Notes under the pieces: model-generated
Told to the model about the DNA's origin: nothing
The model's input: only the letters and a program-made list of their open reading frames with translations
The model's database searches: none
Origin: Planctomycetota bacterium
GTDB taxonomy: Bacteria > Planctomycetota > UBA8108 > SXIK01
Assembly: GCA_965223845.1 (NCBI GenBank)
Contig: CBDCXR010000004.1
Span: 5,376,001-5,440,000 of the forward strand
DNA: 64,000 bases
Reading direction: 5' to 3'
Program-made: the position numbers and the translations under genes
Shown: piece by piece, positions 10,618 to 20,136 of the stretch
Layout of the letters: the number at the start of each line of letters is the position of its first letter
Numbering within the stretch: position 1 is the first letter of the stretch

Positions 10618-12423
10618 GTGCCTCCGACCGCCCCACCCACTCGCCCCGGCATGGGCGCGATTCCCGGTCCCGACAGCACGACGTTTCGCGTCTGGGCGCC
10701 GCACGGCCGCGGAGTCGCGGTCGCGGGAGACTTCAACGAGTGGTCACACACGACGCACTCCCTCCGTCCCGAGGGGAACGGCTACTGGGCGGGCGACGTC
10801 GCCGGGATGCTCGTCGGCAACCGCTACAAGTACGTGGTCGGAACGCACGATGGCCACCACCTCCGGACGGACCCCTACGCGCGCTCCGTGCGCCACTCGA
10901 ACGGCGCGAGCGTCGTCGACGACGGAAAGTACAACTGGGGCGATCACGCTTTCTACATGCCGCCGTGGAACGAGCTCGTCCTCTATGAGATCCACATCGG
11001 GACGTTCAACGACGAACCGGGAGGCTCGCCCGGCGATCTCCACCGCGCGATCGAGCGACTCGGGCACGTAGCCGATCTCGGCGCGAACGCCGTGCAACTG
11101 ATGCCCCCCACCGAGTTCGCCGGTGGATTCTCCTGGGGCTACAATCCCGCCCACCTCTTCGCGATCGAGACCGACTACGGCGGCCCCCGGGCGTTCAAGG
11201 ACTTCGTCCGTGAAGCGCACCGCCTCGGTCTCGCGGTGATTTTCGACGGCGTCTACAACCACTTCGGCCCTTCCGATCTCGATCTCTGGCGGTTCGACGG
11301 CTGGCACGAGGGCGAGGGCGGAGGAATCTATTTCTACAACGATTGGCGCGCTCGTACGCCTTGGGGCAACTCTCGTCCGGACTACGGCCGACCGGAGGTC
11401 CGCCAGTTCATCCGTGACAACGTGCTCATGTGGCTCGAGGAGTATCGACTCGACGGCATTCGCTGGGACGCGACCGCCTACATCCGTGACGCGCACGGTC
11501 ACAACGGCGACTCCGGGAGCGGCCTGGCCGACGGGTGGAATCTCCTGCGGTGGGTGAACGACGAGATCAACGCGCGCCAGCCGTGGAAGATCAGCATCGC
11601 GGAAGATCTTCGCGACAACGCGTGGGTCACGCGTGAGTCGCCTCGAGGCGGCGCCGGATTCGACGCACAGTGGTGCGCGAGCTTCGTTCATCCGGTGCGC
11701 GACGCAGTGATCACTCCGGACGACGCTCATCGCAACATGGCTTCCGTTCGCGAAGCCATCGAGCACCGTTACAACGCCGACGCCTTCGAGCGTGTCATCT
11801 ACACCGAATCGCACGACGAAGTCGCCAACGGGAAGGCGCGCGTTCCCGAGGAAGTCTGGCCGGGGCACGCGAGCGGATGGCACGCGAAGAAGCGCTCCTC
11901 GCTCGGCGCTGCGATCGTCATGACCTCACCGGGAATCCCGATGATCTTTCAGGGTCAAGAGTTTCTCGAGGACGAGTGGTTCCGCGACCACGACCCCATC
12001 GACTGGTCGAAGCGGGAGCGCTTCGCGGGAATCGTCCGCCTCTACCGCGACCTCATTCGACTCCGGCGCAACTGGTTCGACACGACGCGCGGGCTAAAGG
12101 GTCAACACGTTCGAGTTCACCACGTGAACGATCGAGACAAGGTGATCGCGTTTGAGCGCTGGGATCGGGGTGGACCGCGCGACAGCGTCGTCGTCCTCGC
12201 GAACTTCTCCCATCGGCCGTTCTCTGCCTACCGCGTCGGCTTCCCGCGCGCCGGCGAATGGAAGGTGCGACTCAACAGCGATTGGCGCGGCTACGATCAC
12301 GAATTCGCCGGACACCCGAGCCACGATACGTACGCCCATGCGCACGCCACCGACGGCATGCCCGCGAGCGGTGAAGTCGGGATCGGCTCGTACAGCGCGG
12401 TGATCCTGTCGCAGGATCGATAG
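10618..12423 (+). CDS. GH13 alpha-amylase family glycoside hydrolase with N-terminal CBM48 (GlgB/TreZ-like)
   Basis: FRVWAP, YEIHIGTF, WGYNP, DGVYNH, DGIRWDAT, IAED, ESHDE conserved regions; GTG at 10618 follows GAGG (start uncertain). Confidence 0.9.
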   Translation: MPPTAPPTRPGMGAIPGPDSTTFRVWAPHGRGVAVAGDFNEWSHTTHSLRPEGNGYWAGDVAGMLVGNRYKYVVGTHDGHHLRTDPYARSVRHSNGASVVDDGKYNWGDHAFYMPPWNELVLYEIHIGTFNDEPGGSPGDLHRAIERLGHVADLGANAVQLMPPTEFAGGFSWGYNPAHLFAIETDYGGPRAFKDFVREAHRLGLAVIFDGVYNHFGPSDLDLWRFDGWHEGEGGGIYFYNDWRARTPWGNSRPDYGRPEVRQFIRDNVLMWLEEYRLDGIRWDATAYIRDAHGHNGDSGSGLADGWNLLRWVNDEINARQPWKISIAEDLRDNAWVTRESPRGGAGFDAQWCASFVHPVRDAVITPDDAHRNMASVREAIEHRYNADAFERVIYTESHDEVANGKARVPEEVWPGHASGWHAKKRSSLGAAIVMTSPGIPMIFQGQEFLEDEWFRDHDPIDWSKRERFAGIVRLYRDLIRLRRNWFDTTRGLKGQHVRVHHVNDRDKVIAFERWDRGGPRDSVVVLANFSHRPFSAYRVGFPRAGEWKVRLNSDWRGYDHEFAGHPSHDTYAHAHATDGMPASGEVGIGSYSAVILSQDR

Positions 12424-12442
12424 GTACGGCTCCGTCGTCCGC

Positions 12443-14128
12443 TTATTTGGCGGCGTTCGGATTCGCGCCGATGGGACCGATGTACTCGCGCGCGATCACG
12501 ACGTTGTCGAAGTAGACCACGTTCGTCTTCTGCTTCGTCCAGCGGTCGGTGACGTACGCCTCGAGCGTGAGTGCGTTCGCGTGGAGTCCGTCGCTCTTCC
12601 GCCAGTTGATCCCTCCCCAATATCCGCGCAACTCGCCGTCGATCCAGTACGCCTGCGCGCCGTCTCGCTCTCCGGGTGTGTTGTGAACGAGGAGAAACTC
12701 CGCGCAGATCCAGCGACCGCGCTCGATCGCGCCGCCCCTCTCCGGCCGGAACGAGTTTCCCCAGAACTTGCCGTCCCGCGACTCTTTCATCTCGTGCCAA
12801 TAGGAATAGAAGTTCCACCGTCCCGGCGGCGGGTAGCGGCCCCAGTTTCCCCACGGCTCGAGCGCCGTCGAAAACCTCTCGTCCCCGCGAGGCTTCACTC
12901 CGGCGCCGCCGAAACCGCTCCATCGGTCTCCGCCCTTGAGCCCGCGATTCGCTCGCAGCGTGACGAAGTGATGCACGTAGTCGCAGGTGGGATCGAACTT
13001 GACGTAGAACCGAATGAATACCTTCGGTGCGGACTCGAACCACTTCGTGACTCCGCCGCCGGTGTTCTTTCCGAGCGTCGCGGTCACGCGGAGACTCCGC
13101 TCCCCGACCACAGAGTTCGCTCCTGCGGGCACGACAGCGAGCGTGCCGCGATCCCTCGCCTCGTCCCAGCGCTCGCGAAAAGCACCGTCTTCGAAATCGT
13201 CCGCGAAGATCACGGCCGGATGTTTCGCGATTTCACGATCGCGGGCGTAGCTCGCCGCGAATCCGGCTCCTCTCGGCAATCGCGCCGCGGCCAGACGATC
13301 GCGGCGCTCGCGAACGATCGCCCACGGATCCTCCGGTGGATCGTCCGGGTCGACGTACCGCTCGAGATCGCGAAGCGCGATGACGGTGTAGTCGTTTTCG
13401 CGCAAATACCTCATGTAGTCTTCGAATCGCTCCCTCGGAGTGTGTACCCAAGGATGCTCGCCCTCGGGAACGCCGTGGAACTGGAGCACCGCGATCCGGC
13501 CATCCTTTGCTTGCTCGACCGCGCGCACGAAATCGCTCATGCTCCAGTCCGGGCGAGCGTCCCCGGCGGAGGGAACGAGCAAGGGATGATCGCGCCCGGG
13601 CTCGTAAGCGAAGCCGCGCCCGCGTTCGTATGGATACTCGGGCGCACCGCCGCGCCGGGCGAATCGAATCCCCCGCTTCCTCAGCACGGCGAAAGCTCGA
13701 TCGGAGATCGCATTTCCGGGCCAGGCGAACGTCACAGGCTTCGGGATGCCGTGCTTCGCGCACTGGGCCTCGATCGCGCTCAGTTGAGCCTCGAGCCGGG
13801 GAACGTTCTCATCGCTCACACCCATGTGGTCGCGCGTGTGGTTCCCGATCTCGAAACCGTCTTCGTGGAGGCCGCGGATCTCGTCCCACGTCATGTAGTC
13901 CTTCTTGTTCGTGCGAAAGGTGAATCCTTCGGTGATGAAGAAGGTCGCCCCGAATCCGTAGCGCTTGAGGAGCGGGCGCGCGACGGTGTAGTGGGACTTT
14001 ACCGAATCGTCGAACGTGAGGACGACGAGCCGATCGGGGATCGGCTCTCGCGCTTCCGTCCGATCGGCGAACTCGCAAGAAATCGCGAAACTGAAAGCAA
14101 GAACGATCGAAGTTCGGATTCGAAGCAC
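12443..14128 (-). CDS. Secreted polysaccharide deacetylase (NodB/CE4-like) fused to a C-terminal jelly-roll (polysaccharide-lyase-like) domain
   Basis: LTFDD, ATFF, EIGNHTRDH, FAWPG motifs; C-terminal domain with FIRFYVKF...NTPGERDG...YFDNVVIA; GTG start after GGAGGTG RBS. Confidence 0.8.
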   Translation of the reverse strand: MLRIRTSIVLAFSFAISCEFADRTEAREPIPDRLVVLTFDDSVKSHYTVARPLLKRYGFGATFFITEGFTFRTNKKDYMTWDEIRGLHEDGFEIGNHTRDHMGVSDENVPRLEAQLSAIEAQCAKHGIPKPVTFAWPGNAISDRAFAVLRKRGIRFARRGGAPEYPYERGRGFAYEPGRDHPLLVPSAGDARPDWSMSDFVRAVEQAKDGRIAVLQFHGVPEGEHPWVHTPRERFEDYMRYLRENDYTVIALRDLERYVDPDDPPEDPWAIVRERRDRLAAARLPRGAGFAASYARDREIAKHPAVIFADDFEDGAFRERWDEARDRGTLAVVPAGANSVVGERSLRVTATLGKNTGGGVTKWFESAPKVFIRFYVKFDPTCDYVHHFVTLRANRGLKGGDRWSGFGGAGVKPRGDERFSTALEPWGNWGRYPPPGRWNFYSYWHEMKESRDGKFWGNSFRPERGGAIERGRWICAEFLLVHNTPGERDGAQAYWIDGELRGYWGGINWRKSDGLHANALTLEAYVTDRWTKQKTNVVYFDNVVIAREYIGPIGANPNAAK

Positions 14129-14165
14129 GGTCGAACACCTCCAACGGGGACGGGTTCTTTCTCGA

Positions 14166-15092
14166 TCACGCACGAGCCTTCTCGGGATCCTCCACCTGCG
14201 CCGCGGAGTCGATGCGTAGAAACCGCGAGAGATGGTGGACGCCGAAATAAAACGGAACCGTGTCGACGAGCGCGACGACGACCTTGAACAGATAGCCCCA
14301 GCCGACGATCGCCGCGAGATCGCCCACGGTGCGGGTTCCATCCGCGACCGATCCTCCAAAGGTGATCGCCACGACGAGTGTCGTATCGACGAGCTGGCTG
14401 ACCAATGTCGATCCGTTGTTGCGGAGCCAAAGATGGCGCCCGCGAGTGAGCCGCTTCCAGAAGTGAAACATGAACACATCGACGAACTGAGCGGCGAGAT
14501 AGGCGATCATGCTCGCGAAGACGGCCATTTGCGTCGTCAGTGCGATCCGCTCGAACAAGGCTCGTTCGGTAAACGTGATCTCCGCCCCTTCCGGAACGCG
14601 AAGAACCGGGGCGCCGCTCTCGTCACGAAGCTCCGCTCCATCTTCACCGCGAGCGGGCTCGAGATCGCCGTTCGCCTCGAGAAACACTTGGAACGGCGCC
14701 GGCTGGTCGACGCCGTCGATCCTCGCTCCGAGCGAGAGCACGCCGAGCACGAGGAGATTGACGAGAAGGCCGACGAACACTACCCAGTTCGCGCAGCGCT
14801 GGCCGTAGAACTCGCTGATGAAGTCCGTACAGAGGAAGGTGAGCGGATACGGCAAAACGCCCACCGCGATCACGACCGGACTCCAGGCGACACCGAGGAA
14901 CTCAAATGCCGGTGCGATGACGAGGAACTTCGTGATGCCGAGTATGTTCAGCATCGCCATCGCGCCGAGGAATACGCCCGCGAAGAGAAGAAGCAACCTC
15001 TCCCGCCGCGCGTGCAGCGTTCGCGAGTCGAGCTCCGGAAGGTCGTCGAACTTCGCCTGGGGAATGACCGCGGAGGGAAGCGAGTGGGACAT
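14166..15092 (-). CDS. Queuosine precursor transporter (YhhQ/Vut_1 family)
   Basis: GVLPYPLTFLCTDFISEFYG, ASMIAYLAAQFVDV, LWLRNNGSTLVSQLVDT motifs; multi-TM. Confidence 0.88.
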   Translation of the reverse strand: MSHSLPSAVIPQAKFDDLPELDSRTLHARRERLLLLFAGVFLGAMAMLNILGITKFLVIAPAFEFLGVAWSPVVIAVGVLPYPLTFLCTDFISEFYGQRCANWVVFVGLLVNLLVLGVLSLGARIDGVDQPAPFQVFLEANGDLEPARGEDGAELRDESGAPVLRVPEGAEITFTERALFERIALTTQMAVFASMIAYLAAQFVDVFMFHFWKRLTRGRHLWLRNNGSTLVSQLVDTTLVVAITFGGSVADGTRTVGDLAAIVGWGYLFKVVVALVDTVPFYFGVHHLSRFLRIDSAAQVEDPEKARA

Positions 15093-15324
15093 GAGCCGGG
15101 CCGAACGAGAAGGTTCGCTGGCGAAGGACCGCCGCACGACATCGAAGCGATGGCGGAGATCATACCATAGTTCGCCGCTCGTCGGGTTGGGCGGCAAGCG
15201 GTCGCGACTCGGGCCGTGTGATGTCTCGGCCCCCGTAGTATGATTGGGCCCTTCGTCGCGTGAGAAAGTCGAGCGCGCACGACCCAACTGGCCGACCGAA
15301 CGAACCCCGATCGCGAGATTGATC

Positions 15325-16371
15325 ATGAGGAGAATCCGATTCATTCGACCGAGCGCGCGCTGTCGAACCTTCACGGCGATTCTCGTCGGTGTCGGTGCCT
15401 ATTCACTCCTTTCATCGTGCACGGGCTTCAATCCCCATCGCCGCTACGGCACACTCCCGCAGAGCTTCAGCGTGAAGCCGACGCTCACCCATCGCCAGGG
15501 GAACTACTCGGAAGGTGTCGTTCTCGACTACGAAGGGAATCTCTACTTCTCCCACGGTGAGATCATCACGGTCTTACGACCCGATGGATCTCACGACGAA
15601 TGGGCTCGCACCGGAGCTCCCAACGGCCACAAGGTGCTCGAGGACGGAACGCACCTCGTCTGCGACGGAAGCCGCCACGCGGTCCTTCACCTCGCGGCCG
15701 ACGGCACCGTGCTCGGAAACGCCTCCGACTCGTGCGACGGCCGGCCGCTTCGCGCGCCGAACGACCTCACTCTCGACGAAAAACACGGCGGCTTCTATTT
15801 CACCGACCCGGGTGGCTCAGCAGAGGAACCGATCGGAACGGTCCACTACGTCGATGCGAAGGGCGAAACGCGGCTGGTCCACGACGGTCTCCTCTTTCCG
15901 AACGGCATCGTTCTCCGGCCCGACGGCAAGACGCTGTTGGTGGCAGAAAGTAAGCAGAATCGCATCCTGGTGTTCGACGTGCTCGCGCCTGGCGAGGTCG
16001 GCGAACCGCGCGTCTTCTGCGAGCTGCCCGTGAAATCGGGGTCCCAGGTCGACAACCAACCCGACGGGATGTGCCTCGATCTCTTCGGCAACCTCTACGT
16101 CGCTCACTACGGCATGGGTCAGGTGCAAGTGATCGATCGAAAGGGACGGATCATCCGGCAGTACGCGGGGGGGAATCTACTCACGAGCAACGTCGCGTTC
16201 GCGCCTCGGGCGAGGGACGACAAGCTGAACCAGCTCTATGTAACCGGTGGGGAACCGGACGGTGAGTCCGGCGGCTTCTACCGCCTCGATCTCTCCGGCC
16301 CCGACAACATGGGCGCGTCCGGGATGGACGTTCGCCCGTATCGGGAGAGCGACGAGGCGACACCGGAGTAG
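15325..16371 (+). CDS. SMP-30/gluconolactonase family beta-propeller, probable lipoprotein
   Basis: SEGV, PNDL, FTDP, FPNGI, PDGMCLD.GNLYV, SNVAF motifs; LSSC lipobox-like sequence. Confidence 0.88.
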   Translation: MRRIRFIRPSARCRTFTAILVGVGAYSLLSSCTGFNPHRRYGTLPQSFSVKPTLTHRQGNYSEGVVLDYEGNLYFSHGEIITVLRPDGSHDEWARTGAPNGHKVLEDGTHLVCDGSRHAVLHLAADGTVLGNASDSCDGRPLRAPNDLTLDEKHGGFYFTDPGGSAEEPIGTVHYVDAKGETRLVHDGLLFPNGIVLRPDGKTLLVAESKQNRILVFDVLAPGEVGEPRVFCELPVKSGSQVDNQPDGMCLDLFGNLYVAHYGMGQVQVIDRKGRIIRQYAGGNLLTSNVAFAPRARDDKLNQLYVTGGEPDGESGGFYRLDLSGPDNMGASGMDVRPYRESDEATPE

Positions 16372-16398
16372 GACAAACGTCTCACGCCGCAGAAGGAC

Positions 16399-17673
16399 AT
16401 GTACGACGAGCTCTTCCAATTCGAGCCGGGACGCGAGGGGTACTACGGACCCTACGGCGGCGCCTTTCTGCCCGAAATTCTTCACGAGACGATCGAGGAG
16501 CTCCGCACATCCTTCGAGGAGGCCCGGCGAGATCCGGCGTTCTGGGACGAGTTCGTGCAGCTCATGTCGACCTATTCGTGTCGACCGACACCCATCACGT
16601 TCTGCGACAACCTCACGCGTGAGTGCGGCGGGGCAAGAATCTTTGCGAAACGTGAAGACCTCAATCAGACGGGCGCTCACAAAGCGAACAATGTCATGGG
16701 TCAGGGCTTGCTCGTTCGGCGGATGGGCAAGCAGCGGGTGATCGCGGAGACGGGCGCAGGGCAGCACGGCGTCGCGACCGCGACGATGGCCGCGCGCCTC
16801 GGTCTCGAGTGCACCATATACATGGGTGCCGTCGACGTTGCGCGCCAGCGGCCGAACGTCTTTTGGATGGAGCAGCTCGGCGCCGAGGTGATCTCGGTCG
16901 AAGACGGCACTCGCACCCTCAAGGACGCGATCAACGCGTGCATGCGCGATTGGGTCGACTCGATGGCGACGACTCACTACGTCCTCGGCACGGTGTGTGG
17001 ACCGCACCCCTTTCCGCAGATGGTGACCTACTTCCAGTCGATCATCGGACGCGAAGCGCGCGAGCAAATGCTCGCGGAGACGGGCGCTCTACCGCGCTGC
17101 GTTTACGCCTGCGTCGGCGGAGGATCGAACGCGTCGGGAATCTTCGCGGGCTTTCTCGACGATGCGGACGTCGAGCTCGTCGGAGTCGAGGCCGGAGGCC
17201 GCGGCCTCGAGACCGGCCGACACGCGGCGCGCATCGCCGGCCAGCAGGGGACGCCCGGAGCGGCGCAGGGATATCTCACGCGCTTTCTTCAGAGCGAAGA
17301 GGGCATCATGCAGCACACGCATTCCGTATCGGCTGGACTCGATTACGTCGGCGTGGGCCCGATTCTCGCCTACCTCGGCGACCTCGGACGCGTCCGCTTC
17401 GAGGCGGCGACCGACGACGAGACCATCGCAGCGTTCAAGCGCACGGTCAGACGAGAGGGGGTCATTCCCGCGCTGGAAAGCTCGCACGCGCTCGCACAGG
17501 CTCTCGCCGAGGCGCCGGGGTACGGTCCCGATGACGTGATCCTCGTCAACATCTCCGGTCGGGGTGACAAGGACATCTTCACGATCGCCGACGCTCTCGG
17601 CGATCCGAAGTGGCGCGATTTCCTACGCGCGAAGGTCGCCGAGTACGACCGCGAAGACCGCGACGCGAGATGA
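16399..17673 (+). CDS. trpB: Tryptophan synthase beta chain
   Basis: GYYGPYGG, KREDLNQTGAHKANN (PLP Lys), IAETGAGQHGVATA, CVGGGSNA, PALESSHA, SGRGDKD. Confidence 0.97.
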   Translation: MYDELFQFEPGREGYYGPYGGAFLPEILHETIEELRTSFEEARRDPAFWDEFVQLMSTYSCRPTPITFCDNLTRECGGARIFAKREDLNQTGAHKANNVMGQGLLVRRMGKQRVIAETGAGQHGVATATMAARLGLECTIYMGAVDVARQRPNVFWMEQLGAEVISVEDGTRTLKDAINACMRDWVDSMATTHYVLGTVCGPHPFPQMVTYFQSIIGREAREQMLAETGALPRCVYACVGGGSNASGIFAGFLDDADVELVGVEAGGRGLETGRHAARIAGQQGTPGAAQGYLTRFLQSEEGIMQHTHSVSAGLDYVGVGPILAYLGDLGRVRFEAATDDETIAAFKRTVRREGVIPALESSHALAQALAEAPGYGPDDVILVNISGRGDKDIFTIADALGDPKWRDFLRAKVAEYDREDRDAR

Positions 17674-17755
17674 TGATCGTGCCTCGATCCGCCGACGTCA
17701 CGCGGAAGAATCTAGACCACGAAGAGGGACGGGACGCGCGCCCGATTCCAAACGC

Positions 17756-18529
17756 TTGAATCTCACGGACTACATTCACGCCCGGCGGAAAGAGCGCCGG
17801 CCGCTCGTGATGACACACGCGGTCGTCGGCTACCCGTCGCTCGAAGCCAATTGGACGATGCTCGAGCGCACCGCCGAGGCCGGCGTCGACCTCGTCGAGC
17901 TCCAGCTTCCCTTCAGCGAGCCGATCGCGGACGGCCCGAGCTTTATCCGCGCGAATCAAGGCGCGCTCGACCAGTCCGTCGGTTGGAAGGAGTACTTCGA
18001 GCTCGTCGCGCGTGCGACCGAGTCCTTTCCGTTCCGCGTTCTGTTCATGGGTTACTACAACAGCGTGTACCGGATGGGTGCCGAGACGTTTTGCGCGCGA
18101 CTGCGCGAAGCCGGAGCGAGCGGATTCATCGTCGCGGACCTCCCGCCCGAGGAAGCGCGCGATCTCAACGAAGAGGCGCGCGGCGCGGGACTCGATCCCG
18201 TCCTCCTCATGACGCCGACTAACAGCGACGAGCGTCTGCGGGCGATTGCCGCCCTGGCATCGGGCTTCGTCTACTGCGTCGCGCGGAAGGGCGTCACCGG
18301 GCGACGGACGGATGTCGGAAGCGACGTGCGCGCGTTTCTCGCCCGCTGCCGGTCGGCGACCGATCTTCCGCTCGCGCTCGGTTTCGGGATCAAGACCCCC
18401 GGTGACATCGCCGCTGTCGCGGACGCCGGGGCGGATATCGCGATCGTCGGCACGGCTTGCCTCGAAGCCTGGGAGCGTGGCGGAGAGGGTGAATACGCGA
18501 GCTTTCTGAGGTCTCTCACTGCGCCTTGA
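17756..18529 (+). CDS. trpA: Tryptophan synthase alpha chain
   Basis: GYPS, ELQLPFSEPIADGP, MGYYN, DLPPEE, GFVYCVARKGVTG, GFGIKT; probable TTG start at 17756. Confidence 0.94.
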   Translation: MNLTDYIHARRKERRPLVMTHAVVGYPSLEANWTMLERTAEAGVDLVELQLPFSEPIADGPSFIRANQGALDQSVGWKEYFELVARATESFPFRVLFMGYYNSVYRMGAETFCARLREAGASGFIVADLPPEEARDLNEEARGAGLDPVLLMTPTNSDERLRAIAALASGFVYCVARKGVTGRRTDVGSDVRAFLARCRSATDLPLALGFGIKTPGDIAAVADAGADIAIVGTACLEAWERGGEGEYASFLRSLTAP

Positions 18530-18539
18530 GGGACGATCC

Positions 18540-19097
18540 GTGAACATTCCCGAGCACCTCGACCGACGACTCTTTGAACTCCTCCCGGAGAAACCCGCGC
18601 TCCTCGCGATGGATTTCGACGGCGTCTTCACCGACGACCGAGTCTACGTCGACGAGGCCGGGCGCGAACTCGCAGCGTGCACTCGCGGAGATGGGATGGG
18701 CGTCACTCTCCTCCGGCGCGCTGGATTCCCCGTCCTCGTCATCTCGACCGAGCCGAATCCGATCGTTCGCGCGCGCAGTGAGAAACTGGGCGTCGAATGC
18801 GTCCACGGCTGCGCCGACAAGACGCTCGAGTTTCGCGCCCTCCTCCGCGATCGCAAGATCGATCCCGCCGAGACGATCTACGTCGGAAACGATGTGAACG
18901 ACATCGGTTGCCTCCGCACCGTCGGATGTGGGCTCGTGGTAGCCGACGCGCACCCGCTCGTTCGAGACGTCGCCGACGGGGTGCTCACGCGCCGAGGTGG
19001 AAAAGGCGCGGTCCGCGAGATTTGCGAGCTCGTACTCGTTCGTCTCGGTCGCGACCTGCTGTTCAATCCGAGCGATCGCGACGGACACGGGGAATGA
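18540..19097 (+). CDS. KdsC/YrbI-like HAD phosphatase (KDO/KDN 8/9-phosphate phosphatase-like)
   Basis: DFDGVFTD, DGMG, YVGNDVNDI, GGKGAVRE motifs. Confidence 0.85.
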   Translation: MNIPEHLDRRLFELLPEKPALLAMDFDGVFTDDRVYVDEAGRELAACTRGDGMGVTLLRRAGFPVLVISTEPNPIVRARSEKLGVECVHGCADKTLEFRALLRDRKIDPAETIYVGNDVNDIGCLRTVGCGLVVADAHPLVRDVADGVLTRRGGKGAVREICELVLVRLGRDLLFNPSDRDGHGE

Positions 19098-19110
19098 CGC
19101 TCTCGGCGCG

Positions 19111-19935
19111 TCAGGTCTGACAGGACGGGCAGAAATACGTCGAGCGATTGAGGATCACCGACCGCCGAATCGTCGTTCCGCAGCGCCGGCACGGCTCGGC
19201 CGCGCGATCGTAGACTTCGAGCCGGCTCTGGAATCCGCCCGCGTCTCCCGTCCCGCCGCGGAAATCGGCGATCGTCGTGCCACCCCCTGCGATCGCCGCC
19301 CCGAGCACTTCCTTTACCGCCCAGACGATGCTTCCCCACCGCGCGAGCCCGATGCGTCCCGCGGCGCGAGTCGGTCGGACGCCCGCGAGAAAGAGCGCCT
19401 CGCTCGCGTAGATATTCCCGATCCCGACGACGTGGCGAGAGTCCATGAGGAAGCTCTTGACCGATCGCTTGAGCGATCTCGACCGCGCGTAGAAGCCCGG
19501 TCCCGTGAACTCGTCGGAGAGCGGTTCCACCCCCAAGTGGACGAGTCGCCGATCGCGCTCGAGTTCCCGTGGGGGCACGAAATCGACGAGGCCGAAACGT
19601 CGCGGATCGCGGAAGCGAAGCTCGCGCGCGTCGTCCAATCGAAACGACACGTGGACGTGCTTCGCTCGCGGCGCGTCCGCCTCGAACAGACGGAGCGTTC
19701 CACTCATCCCGAGGTGGACGATCACGTGTCCCGCGTCGTCGAGCTCAAGGAGGAGGTATTTCGCTCGCCGACCGATACGCACGACTCGGCGCCCGACGGC
19801 GCACCGCCGGAGGACGGCCGACCTCACGGGATAGCGAAGCCGGCGTTCCACGACGTCGACGCCATCGAACCGACGACCGACGAGCTCACGCTCGAGCGTT
19901 CGGCGGACGGTTTCGACTTCGGGAAGCTCGGGCAC
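19111..19935 (-). CDS. mutM: Formamidopyrimidine-DNA glycosylase (Fpg)
   Basis: PELPEVE N-terminus, HLGMSG, DPRRFG, GIGNIYASE, C-terminal zinc finger CRRC...CPSCQ. Confidence 0.97.
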   Translation of the reverse strand: MPELPEVETVRRTLERELVGRRFDGVDVVERRLRYPVRSAVLRRCAVGRRVVRIGRRAKYLLLELDDAGHVIVHLGMSGTLRLFEADAPRAKHVHVSFRLDDARELRFRDPRRFGLVDFVPPRELERDRRLVHLGVEPLSDEFTGPGFYARSRSLKRSVKSFLMDSRHVVGIGNIYASEALFLAGVRPTRAAGRIGLARWGSIVWAVKEVLGAAIAGGGTTIADFRGGTGDAGGFQSRLEVYDRAAEPCRRCGTTIRRSVILNRSTYFCPSCQT

Positions 19936-20136
19936 GGGAAGCGGCGGGCGTGGGGAGTTTCGATCGGAGGCGCGCGCGATGGTCGCCCATCGCCGTCACT
20001 CGAGCAAGCCCACTGTCCAATGCGAGCGTGCACTCGGCGATTCCCGTAGAATGTTCGGCGCTCGAGAGTCGAGCTCGCTTTTCAGAAATCGCTCCGCGGC
20101 TCGCGGCGCACTGGCTCTGCGCGAGGAAACCTAGTT

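Noticed and set aside
15093-15324. Possible preQ1 riboswitch upstream of the queuosine precursor transporter
   Set aside because: No preQ1 stem-loop with an A-rich tail seen; only an extended -10-like TGGTATGAT (15159-15167, minus strand).
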